Source: a virus (lineage: Duplodnaviria > Caudoviricetes). Taken from it: DNA of 64,000 nucleotides. Each line of letters opens with the position of its first letter. Within the stretch, counting starts at the first letter, position 1. Below are positions 38,141 through 46,797 of this stretch, piece after piece. The DNA lies in IMG/VR virus record IMGVR_UViG_3300033498_000048, positions 128,001 through 192,000 of that record. One strand, given 5' to 3'. Both the position numbers and the translations under genes were made by a program. The notes below the pieces were generated by a model. That model was not told the DNA's origin, ran no database searches, and saw nothing but the letters and a program-made list of their open reading frames with translations.

Positions 38141-39205
38141 TCATATATTGGTTTTAAATTTAATTAATGAGCTTACTGGACGTAAACTACTAACTTCTTT
38201 TTTCTTGGTCTTAGGTTTAATTATATGTTGAGGTTCAACAACTGTCAATTCAGTAGTTTGTTTACGGAATTGATTTAAGTTATTAACTTTAACTGGACTC
38301 CAATTAACTAAATTTGTAAAACTTTCCAATGGTTTTAAGAATGTTTTATTGAATTGGGTTTCTTTATCAACATATTTGTCTAATCCAAATTCCTCTAACA
38401 ATTCATCTGTAAATGCTATTGCATTATTTAATGTTGGATTTTGTTTGATTAAATATAAATATCTAACTTTCATTCCATTGGTAATTAATTGATATTCTTT
38501 ATCTAGTCCATATTTAAATAACTGATTATTGTAGGTTAGGCTAGCTTTGACTTGGACTGGAGTTCCAGACTTCCACGAAAATTTGTTTCCATGTAAACCA
38601 ACATCACTCCAACCACCAATGTCATTTACTCCAGTTGGCTTTGCTATATCATACAAATCAAGCTTAGGGTACGCAGCTTTAAATGATTTAACACGTTGCT
38701 GTAGGTCAGCCTCAGTTCCGTTTAATATTAGCTTAAAACAGGCTTCCAGTTCATTTTTGACTATATTTGGAGTGCTTGTTCGAGCTGTTTCAACACCAAC
38801 TGACTTTAATTTTGGTTCCGCATAACGGACATTTTCATTGTCCCAAACTTGTAAAATGTAGTTCTTTTTCGCTCTCCAAATACCCCTATCACAAATCACT
38901 TCACGTTTCATCTTTAGTGTATTATCAATTGCGTTTAAATAATTTGATAATATCGCAAATTTTTCATCTATAAATGGAGTAACCACTTCATCCGAAAATT
39001 TACTTAAATAGTCCACAATAGTATTAGTTGGAGTGTTTTGTGGAACAACTCTTTCTATTAAATTATTTAATTCTAAATACGAGGAATTATGTAGTAATAC
39101 CCCATTACCAAAAAAGTTGTGACAATCAGCAACTTCAATATCATATACCCATTCTTCTTGTATTCCCAATGATTCGATTGTAAAATTATTTGTTTCTACA
39201 AGCAT
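38141..39205 (-). CDS. 43: DNA polymerase gp43 C-terminal fragment preceded by split-intein IntC
   Basis: 40-aa IntC, then SSYL..., KMKREVI, WRAKKNY, KLKSVGVETARTSTP. Confidence 0.95.
   Translation of the reverse strand: MLVETNNFTIESLGIQEEWVYDIEVADCHNFFGNGVLLHNSSYLELNNLIERVVPQNTPTNTIVDYLSKFSDEVVTPFIDEKFAILSNYLNAIDNTLKMKREVICDRGIWRAKKNYILQVWDNENVRYAEPKLKSVGVETARTSTPNIVKNELEACFKLILNGTEADLQQRVKSFKAAYPKLDLYDIAKPTGVNDIGGWSDVGLHGNKFSWKSGTPVQVKASLTYNNQLFKYGLDKEYQLITNGMKVRYLYLIKQNPTLNNAIAFTDELLEEFGLDKYVDKETQFNKTFLKPLESFTNLVNWSPVKVNNLNQFRKQTTELTVVEPQHIIKPKTKKKEVSSLRPVSSLIKFKTNI
39086..39205 (-). mobile_element. Split intein C-fragment (IntC, 40 aa, ends LLHN, Ser+1)
   Basis: MLVETNNFTIESLGIQEEWVYDIEVADCHNFFGNGVLLHN|S. 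Confidence 0.93.
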
Positions 39206-40241
39206 TAATATTCTCCTGTATTCTTTTTATTTCGGTTTCAAAAAAATTGATATAATCTGTTTCCCATATTATATCTACATAATATCCCAGTGAGCGTAAA
39301 TGGTTATTTTTTATGATGTCATTATCCCATATTTGTTTTGAATTAAGGCTTTTGTTATATGGGTTTGGAGTATCACTCTCGATAAACATTTTTGGATTGG
39401 CGTGAAATACATCACCATTAAACTCTAAACAATATTTAATATCAGTAATTACAAAATCATACTTAAAATATTTAAATTGCTTAGACTCTGAAACCATAGT
39501 AGAACCAAATTCATTTTTATGTTCAGCAAAATAACAATGTTCCCTTTCGACTTCTGTTAAAATATTATCGTAAATGTTCCAACATAAATTTTGGGACATT
39601 TTAGATGCGAATGTGTGTACAGAAGAAATGTAACGGTCATATCTAATCATACCATCAAGTTCACCATACCTATTAATAAAGTTTTGAATTGTGTTAGCCT
39701 TTTTGCTACAAACATCGTTATATTTTTTAACACCATCAGTATTACCGTATTTTTCAATATAATATGGTAATACCTTTCCATTATATTTTTGTTTATCGCA
39801 ATAACTTTTCCATTTTTTATGACCTACGGTTTCACCATATCTTAAAATCATATTATCTAATGTAACAGCTCTCGATTTGTTAAACTTTAAAAAATCAAGT
39901 TCGGTCATTCCAAATTTTTCTTTTTTATATTCAAATGAATTGGTATTTGCTTGCTTATCACAATATGACTTCCACTTTTTACTACCTAATTGATTACCAT
40001 ATCTTAATATCATATTGTCCAACGTTTGGCTTTTTTTAGTTCTTAATAACAAACATCTATCTAATAAGTCATCATGTAATATATTACCATCCATAAATCC
40101 AACAATATACCCACAAATTGATTGTATGGACCAGGTATTATCTAAAAAATGTTTCTTTATTCTTAAATACTCTGATAAGTAATATTCTTTATTAACATTA
40201 CCATCTAACTTCAATTTAAAATCTTTAAAATTAACTACCAT
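39186..40241 (-). mobile_element. Free-standing homing endonuclease, Vsr-like/EDxHD-type C-terminal domain with repeated RYG/KYG motifs
   Basis: YDF...LEFNGDVFHANP...DIIKN...LGY.V.IIWETD; lies between the two polymerase halves. Confidence 0.8.
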
Positions 40242-40298
40242 GTCACTGCCTCGTGTCTGTATAAAAATATATTTATGTAGACCTGAGGCAGTGACATA

Positions 40299-42647
40299 TT
40301 ACTTCATCAACTTGATAAACTTGTCTGTACTAATAACTTCAGTTGGTTTAATTGAAATGTTTTTTCCATCACGGTTTACTATTAATGAATGGTCTGCTGT
40401 ACAAATAATTTCAGTTCCATCTACTGTAATTTTAAACAATTCTTTTTTAACTTTGTGAGCCATAACGTATTTTATTGGATTTACAACTAATTTCCCGTTA
40501 ATATCTACTCCATACGCATTTAGATTAAATACTGGTTTAACGATATTGTCAATTTCATTTTTTACTGGAATTGTATTAATTGAATCAAATAAATTCCCTA
40601 TTTTCATATCACCACAATCCATTGAAATTACCGTATCACCAACAACGGAATCTGTATCGGAATAGATGACATAATCAACTCCATTAGTTTTAAACCTAGA
40701 ATTTAAAAACTCGTTTAATCGTTTAGCAATGTATAAGATTACAAGTTGTCCAGTTAGTGTAATACCTTCCGCCATATCATTTGAAGAATATCTGAATCCA
40801 GCGTTTCCACAAGACCCATAACACGAGTTGAGTGCTAATTTTAGGGCTATTTGCATAGCTTCGTGGAATGCCGAATCAGTATATAACTTTTCCAATTCGT
40901 TCTTCAATTCAGCATCCATTAAGTTTGCTAATTTAGTAGTACCACGTTTAGACAATTCGGTTTTAATGAGTTCTATTTTTTTATCAGCAGCTATTCGCAT
41001 CGTTTTATGCGAAACACGGTCATTAAACATTTCAGTGATAATTTCTGGAATGATACCAATTTTATCTTTTGAAAACATTGCCCCATTAGCTGCCATAGCA
41101 CAATTCAGCTTTTTTAAGTGTGCTGTATCTACATTTAAATCAATTAAATCTTCCACTAAATTTCCAGTAGCAGTCTTAACTAATGTTTCATAACTCACGT
41201 TTAACATTCGCATTATTGATGGATATAATGATGTTAAATCAAATGCGACAACCCATTTATATAAACCTGGAATTGGCTCTTTAACAAATGCTCCAGCATA
41301 TCCATCACTTGATTGTTTTTGTGGAGCGGGTGGGATTTGTATTCCTTTTTTTCTAAGTGCGTTATAAACTAAACATTCCCAGTTCTTGACTTGTCCAAAT
41401 ATTTCAGATTGTTTTACTTTACACATATACGCGATTGTTAATCCAATGAAAATGTAATTTAACTTCGCGTCCAACTTTCTAGGCAACCTAACGTCTTGGG
41501 TGTTATATTCTACAAATTTATTATAAGCATACTCTTTAATGTAATTATCAATCGTGAAATAAACATCAATCAATTCATTAGCATTTAGTTTATCCAAATC
41601 AACATTTAATATGTTAATATCAAATTTAGTTGTTTGGATGTAATCTAATTCAATTGGTAATTCTTTTCCATATTGTTGTTGGACACGTTCTTTAAATCTA
41701 CCAATTTTTAATATTTCTAAATCATTGTTTGATTTTAATGCTTTTTGGGATAGTATTCCATTATATAAATTGTGTAATGAACCAAATTCTGAATAATCAA
41801 CCTTCCGTTCTGATAATTCGACTAATGCAATATTATCTAATGAATAACTCCCAAGCTTTTGGGTACTAAACTTTTTATACATTTCGATATAGTCGTATGG
41901 AGAAATACCCAATATTTTATATCCCTTTTTTAAATTATCTAATTCAATTTCGGATATAACATTTCTAGCTTTTTTGTAAAATGGACTCAATCGGTCAGCC
42001 CACTGTTTACCCAATACTTTTTTTATTCGATTGATGATATAGGGAATATCAAATTCATTAATATTGAATCCTGTTATAATATCTGGTTCTATTTTAATCC
42101 ACTCATTAACGAATGTCATTAATAAATGCCGTTCATCGTCACATTCAATATATAATTCATCTGGATTACAATGACCAGTAAATGTTTTAGTTCCAATCGT
42201 TATATAGGTTGTATTATGTGCAAACGTTGCAAGTGTGATACTTGTTACTTCATTATCAGCAACATCTGGAGGTGAATATCCAAGTACAACATCAAATGCA
42301 ACTTCAATATCAAAGTTTAAAATGTTAATCTTTGTTATATCAAACTTTATTAAATCTGGATATTCAGTTGCAATGAATTGATGTGCTAAACTTGTTTGTC
42401 CGTGTATTTGACGATAGTTTCTGTTTTTGCGAATGTACTCATTAGTTTCTTTGACACTATTGAATCGTATGCTTGATAGTTTTTCACCCATAAATCCAAT
42501 TGCATCACCTTTACCCCTGTCACTTGGTACATATAAAACAAATGGGTAATTTTCTAATATTTCAGTCTGTCTTTTTTCTCCATCAAAAAACCTATGGAAT
42601 ATCTTATTTTCTTGCACTTCAACCGATGTGTAAAACTTTTCTGGCAT
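40299..42647 (-). CDS. 43: DNA polymerase gp43 N-terminal fragment ending in split-intein IntN
   Basis: FDIEV (ExoI), GFNINEFDIPY, FDLTSLYPS (motif A), KLALNSCYG (motif B), YSDTD|S (motif C). Confidence 0.95.
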   Translation of the reverse strand: MPEKFYTSVEVQENKIFHRFFDGEKRQTEILENYPFVLYVPSDRGKGDAIGFMGEKLSSIRFNSVKETNEYIRKNRNYRQIHGQTSLAHQFIATEYPDLIKFDITKINILNFDIEVAFDVVLGYSPPDVADNEVTSITLATFAHNTTYITIGTKTFTGHCNPDELYIECDDERHLLMTFVNEWIKIEPDIITGFNINEFDIPYIINRIKKVLGKQWADRLSPFYKKARNVISEIELDNLKKGYKILGISPYDYIEMYKKFSTQKLGSYSLDNIALVELSERKVDYSEFGSLHNLYNGILSQKALKSNNDLEILKIGRFKERVQQQYGKELPIELDYIQTTKFDINILNVDLDKLNANELIDVYFTIDNYIKEYAYNKFVEYNTQDVRLPRKLDAKLNYIFIGLTIAYMCKVKQSEIFGQVKNWECLVYNALRKKGIQIPPAPQKQSSDGYAGAFVKEPIPGLYKWVVAFDLTSLYPSIMRMLNVSYETLVKTATGNLVEDLIDLNVDTAHLKKLNCAMAANGAMFSKDKIGIIPEIITEMFNDRVSHKTMRIAADKKIELIKTELSKRGTTKLANLMDAELKNELEKLYTDSAFHEAMQIALKLALNSCYGSCGNAGFRYSSNDMAEGITLTGQLVILYIAKRLNEFLNSRFKTNGVDYVIYSDTDSVVGDTVISMDCGDMKIGNLFDSINTIPVKNEIDNIVKPVFNLNAYGVDINGKLVVNPIKYVMAHKVKKELFKITVDGTEIICTADHSLIVNRDGKNISIKPTEVISTDKFIKLMK
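40302..40649 (-). mobile_element. Split intein N-fragment (IntN, 116 aa, Ser1)
   Basis: SVVGDT (block A with Ser1), CTADHS (block B T-x-x-H), stop after KFIKLMK. Confidence 0.93.
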
Positions 42648-42648
42648 A

Positions 42649-42963
42649 TTAAATTAACTCCATTATTATATTCTTTATTATATCACCATGACATTTAAAC
42701 GGGGCGCAACAACACTCTAACAAGATTGTAATATCTGGGTTTAACCGTATTAGGTTAATGATACGATTAATTTCAATGGATTGTTGCGATGCTTCATTTA
42801 ATAACTTTTCTTGTAACCAATACTCATATAATTCTAGGACATCTTCTCTGGTATTGTTATCGTCTATTGGATATGGATTACCCAACACAGTTGGACGCAT
42901 AATATTAATGCGTGTTCCACTGCGAACCTTAGATTTGAACTTATTGATTACAATTATATTCAA
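42649..42963 (-). CDS. DUF4326-like protein
   Basis: I.RPT.LGNPY, Y..WL, L.C.CAP..CHGD.I. Confidence 0.75.
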   Translation of the reverse strand: MNIIVINKFKSKVRSGTRINIMRPTVLGNPYPIDDNNTREDVLELYEYWLQEKLLNEASQQSIEINRIINLIRLNPDITILLECCCAPFKCHGDIIKNIIMELI

Positions 42964-43247
42964 GTCAATATCATTCCACCATTATTTGGGACAATTAGAC
43001 CAGTTCCAAATTGTTTATTGTAATAATTTAAGATGTCTGTGATTGGAGTAAATGGACCAGCAATTATATCTTTCGATTGTATTGTTATTTCATTTTCAAT
43101 AAAAAAGTTTAATATATTAGCGAGTCCAGTTTGTTCGCCTTGTGAAACAATAGTAACTGGATTCTTAACCCTAATTGATTCTACATTAGTTTCAACTACT
43201 TCACCCATAATGACTCCGATATGGGTCATATAACATTGTACATTCAT
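42960..43247 (-). CDS. Conserved T4-like hypothetical protein (small beta-barrel)
   Basis: I.GEV...KNP motif; position upstream of gp43. Confidence 0.6.
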   Translation of the reverse strand: MNVQCYMTHIGVIMGEVVETNVESIRVKNPVTIVSQGEQTGLANILNFFIENEITIQSKDIIAGPFTPITDILNYYNKQFGTGLIVPNNGGMILT

Positions 43248-43249
43248 TT

Positions 43250-43867
43250 TTATGCTCCTGTGTGACCTAAGCCACCTTTTCTGTTTGTTTTTAATTTCGG
43301 TCTATCTTTTAATTCTTGGAACGTGTGCTGATTATATTCTACAATTTCAGCTTGTACTAGCCTTGAATCTTGTAAAATGTGTTGTTTAACTGCTGTCGTG
43401 TTTGTAATTAATATATAAACTGGTTCAACATAGTCCTCATCAATATACCCAACACAATTCGACAAATTTATTCCATTTTTAATAGAAACACCACTTCTTG
43501 AATACAGTTTCATAACGAAACCTTGTGGAATATCAAATATTAAATTTGTTGGGATAATTGCCCTATCTCCAGGATTTAACAAGACTCCAACCATATTATT
43601 AACTTCTATGTGATGTCTAACTGACCGTTGGATTTCAACATTCATTTCATCATAAACTGTAACAGTTGGTATTCCACCAAAATCGGTATATAAATCAAAA
43701 CAACCCGATTTTAATGTTCCGTATTTTGGAATTTTAGCACTATCACTAACTTTAAACACACCAACACCCTTTGGTACTGGACAGGTGTTTGTGTTGGGTT
43801 CAAATAATAGTTCCCCCAAATCGGTTACTTCTGGTTGAGTTGTTTTGCCTTTTTTAACTTCTGTCAT
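43250..43867 (-). CDS. dut: dUTPase (trimeric type)
   Basis: SGCFDL, YSRSG, GYIDEDY, RLVQAE, RKGGLGHTG. Confidence 0.9.
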   Translation of the reverse strand: MTEVKKGKTTQPEVTDLGELLFEPNTNTCPVPKGVGVFKVSDSAKIPKYGTLKSGCFDLYTDFGGIPTVTVYDEMNVEIQRSVRHHIEVNNMVGVLLNPGDRAIIPTNLIFDIPQGFVMKLYSRSGVSIKNGINLSNCVGYIDEDYVEPVYILITNTTAVKQHILQDSRLVQAEIVEYNQHTFQELKDRPKLKTNRKGGLGHTGA

Positions 43868-44327
43868 GTCTTTCTCCTACGGTATATTTTGACATTAATT
43901 TCCATTGTGATTTCTCACTATATGATAAAACGCACAATTTAATTTTGTTTGTGTTGTTTTTTAATACACTCAATGGAGTAATCAATTTCCATTGCATTAA
44001 TAACTTTGATATGTTTTTTAATCTATCAATATCATCGTGTGAAACGATGGTTTTAGATGTTTTTCCATCCAATAGAAACAGGTGTTTGAAGTGTACAATA
44101 AAGTATCTTCCTTGTTTATGTAAAAGGTGACAAGATTGCCACAATATTGGAACACCATTTACATCTTGATAATATGATACAACTCCCATCCTTGTAAGTG
44201 TTTCACACACTTTTAGGAAATCGTCCGTACTTAATGGTGCTACTTCAATAGCAGTTCTTAAGATATTCAAATCATTATTGGTTATCACAATTTCTCCATT
44301 ATTTAATTTTTTTATTAACTTTGCCAC
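43854..44327 (-). CDS. regA: Translational repressor RegA
   Basis: DDFLKVCETLTRMG, LWQSCHLLHKQGRYFIVHFKHLFLLDGK. Confidence 0.92.
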   Translation of the reverse strand: MAKLIKKLNNGEIVITNNDLNILRTAIEVAPLSTDDFLKVCETLTRMGVVSYYQDVNGVPILWQSCHLLHKQGRYFIVHFKHLFLLDGKTSKTIVSHDDIDRLKNISKLLMQWKLITPLSVLKNNTNKIKLCVLSYSEKSQWKLMSKYTVGERHDRS

Positions 44328-44715
44328 CCTCTAACAATAATGAGTCCAAATAGGACTCATGTTGTTTTAATATTGGCACAACTTCTTTTGCTTTAGTGTA
44401 TGAATAACCATACACTCGCTGTATTTTATCAATTAATACTGTATCGTCAATATTTTTATTCCACTTGGAATACCGTTTTCGTTTTGGTATAACATGGAAT
44501 AAAAATGTGTATTGCATTTGAATGTCCATTTCAAATCTGATATTCAATTCATTCACAAGTAAAGCCGTATCTCGATATTGAGATAGTGCTTTATTAATCA
44601 TAAATGGATTATACTCAGCAGTTAATTGTTCTTCAATTAATTCTGTTTTTCCATTTGTGATATTGTTCACAATATCAAATAAACCTAAAGATGGTTGGTT
44701 GTCCAATGTACTCAT
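44299..44715 (-). CDS. 62: Clamp loader small subunit gp62
   Basis: YNPFMINKALSQ..DT...VNELN, KRKRYSKW, YGYS..KA.EV. Confidence 0.9.
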   Translation of the reverse strand: MSTLDNQPSLGLFDIVNNITNGKTELIEEQLTAEYNPFMINKALSQYRDTALLVNELNIRFEMDIQMQYTFLFHVIPKRKRYSKWNKNIDDTVLIDKIQRVYGYSYTKAKEVVPILKQHESYLDSLLLEGGKVNKKIK

Positions 44716-46106
44716 TTGAACTCCAAATCCCGCATTAACTCGGTTAGCATTGCAACTATATTCAATTCTTTATCGGAAACAAAGTTTGACTTATAATCAT
44801 AATCTGATAACGTTAGTACCAATTGTGGTAACGAACTTGGAATAACATAATCTGGGGCTTTAAGATAAATTGCTCTTGATAATGTCATTTGGGAATTGTC
44901 TAAATTACTAACAACCCATTTTCTAACCTCGTTCCATTTACTGGGGTCTCTTAAATATGTAAACAACTCATCAATATTAGCATCTGATAAACTTGTTAAT
45001 ACGAGTTCGTCCAACCTGTTATTGACCATTGATAATTGTTGTAACGTTGTTGTGATTTTTCGCATATCTGGAAAATGCGTTGTTATTACCTTCGCAACAA
45101 CATTCCTATCATATTCAACTCCCTCATGGTCTAATATTTCTAGCATTCTTTTTTCAAGTGGGAGTATCACTTCCATTTTTTCAGCTTTAGTAAGTGCAAA
45201 GTCAACAACTGCACACCTACTTTTTAATGGACCCATAATTCTATTGCTAAAATTGGCAGTCAATATAAACCTACAGTTTGCACTATAGGTTTCCATAAAG
45301 TTTCTTAATGCAGGTTGTGTGCTATTACAATTGTGAGCTACTACACCATTTTCCAAAATGAAATTGTGATTATCATCATTAGTAGTCAAATCATAAACTG
45401 GTAACATTCCCAATGATTCCATCGACACAATGGTTTTTGTTTTTCCATTGGAATCAACAAGCTTATCACCAATTTTGATACCATCCTTTTTTTCTGATAC
45501 TCCACAATATCCATTTATTGATTCAATGGTGTAAAAAGGATGGTCTTTTGTGCAATACATTCTTGAATAATCATCAAATTGTACAATGTACACTTCGCCT
45601 ATTCCCGACTTGAATACGAATGCTTCTGCTGTGTATTGTTCACCTGTTGTTGTGTTATATGATAATATATTAACTGTTTTATCATAAATTGAATCAAATG
45701 ACTTTAATTCTGGAACACCATCTATATTCACAGTGTAAATATGTTGGTTTCCAGCAAAACAATTTAAATAATCGGCTTCATCTAATAATACTACTTTATA
45801 TCCACCTCTATTCTTCATACTAACGGTGCTAGCATAACGTTCAATCGTAGTTCGGAGCGTATCAATGTTCCCATCTTTCGAGGCATTGATTTCCAGTAAG
45901 TCAATGCCCATATCACTACACAACGCTCTTGGAATTGTGGTTTTTCCAACACCCTGATAACCAGTGAACAACATATTTGTTATTTGTCCACTGTCAATAA
46001 TAGCTTGAAAATAGTTTTTTAATCTCGATGGTAAAATAACATTAGCCATCGTTCTTGGACGAAACTTCTCAGCCCAAAGTGGTTGATTCGGAGTAATATC
46101 CAACAT
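44712..46106 (-). CDS. 44: Clamp loader large subunit gp44 containing a mini-intein
   Basis: WAEKFRP, GYQGVGKTT, LDEADYLN|intein|CNSTQPALR, LKSRC, FPDMRK. Confidence 0.95.
   Translation of the reverse strand: MLDITPNQPLWAEKFRPRTMANVILPSRLKNYFQAIIDSGQITNMLFTGYQGVGKTTIPRALCSDMGIDLLEINASKDGNIDTLRTTIERYASTVSMKNRGGYKVVLLDEADYLNCFAGNQHIYTVNIDGVPELKSFDSIYDKTVNILSYNTTTGEQYTAEAFVFKSGIGEVYIVQFDDYSRMYCTKDHPFYTIESINGYCGVSEKKDGIKIGDKLVDSNGKTKTIVSMESLGMLPVYDLTTNDDNHNFILENGVVAHNCNSTQPALRNFMETYSANCRFILTANFSNRIMGPLKSRCAVVDFALTKAEKMEVILPLEKRMLEILDHEGVEYDRNVVAKVITTHFPDMRKITTTLQQLSMVNNRLDELVLTSLSDANIDELFTYLRDPSKWNEVRKWVVSNLDNSQMTLSRAIYLKAPDYVIPSSLPQLVLTLSDYDYKSNFVSDKELNIVAMLTELMRDLEFK
45330..45761 (-). mobile_element. 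Cis mini-intein in gp44 (144 aa, Cys1...His-Asn, Cys+1)
   Basis: CFAGNQ (block A), CTKDHP (block B), VYDLT...VAHN|C; no endonuclease domain. Confidence 0.92.
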
Positions 46107-46121
46107 TATATAACCTCAATA

Positions 46122-46775
46122 TTAAGATTCTAGTGAAATGAAATATTCAAGATGTCCAGATTCAGATACAAATCTTGACATATCCCCAACATCCACAATA
46201 TAGTTTTGTGGAATTAATTTTAAGTATTGAATTGCAAGTTCAAATGAAAACTCACCTTGCATCTTTTTATTAAAATCAATTTCAATTAATAATTGATTTC
46301 CACTTGGATCCAACTTATTAAACACTTTTAATCCATCATTAGTGATTGCTAGGTGGGATAATGATAGGATGCTTGATGTCTTTAATATCTGTTCTAACAC
46401 TTCTTTTGTTAGTAAAAATGACACACTTTTTTGTTCTTCAGTCATTTCAATATCAACTGTCCACCCAGAGTTGAGTATTAAATTTTGAGGACTTGGAACA
46501 TACTTAACAGTATTTTTACCCTCAGAAATATTAAACGGAATATGTGACTCTGTGAATGTTATTTCTGGGTCATTAAAAGTGCTTAACGTATTCAACAGCT
46601 CAGATAATTCAAAGATGTTGAAGTCTACTGGAAAGGTTTCCTCGATATACGCTGTAACATATATGTGGTCTAATACTGACATTGTTTTTATCACATTTCC
46701 AGATTTGAATACGATTCCTGGATTTATGGTATTAAGATTTTTTAATATATCTCGTGTTGCTTTGCTCAATTTCAT
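46122..46775 (-). CDS. 45: Sliding clamp gp45
   Basis: MKLSKAT..ILKNL..IN.GIVFK.G; F.I..L.E.L..LS.F; 45-44-62-regA synteny. Confidence 0.9.
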   Translation of the reverse strand: MKLSKATRDILKNLNTINPGIVFKSGNVIKTMSVLDHIYVTAYIEETFPVDFNIFELSELLNTLSTFNDPEITFTESHIPFNISEGKNTVKYVPSPQNLILNSGWTVDIEMTEEQKSVSFLLTKEVLEQILKTSSILSLSHLAITNDGLKVFNKLDPSGNQLLIEIDFNKKMQGEFSFELAIQYLKLIPQNYIVDVGDMSRFVSESGHLEYFISLES

Positions 46776-46797
46776 TGTTTATTTCCTGTGTTAATTG

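Noticed and set aside
39186-40241. Group I intron interrupting gp43
   Set aside because: Both flanks are protein-level intein halves with their own stop and start, and there is almost no non-coding sequence to fold a ribozyme core.
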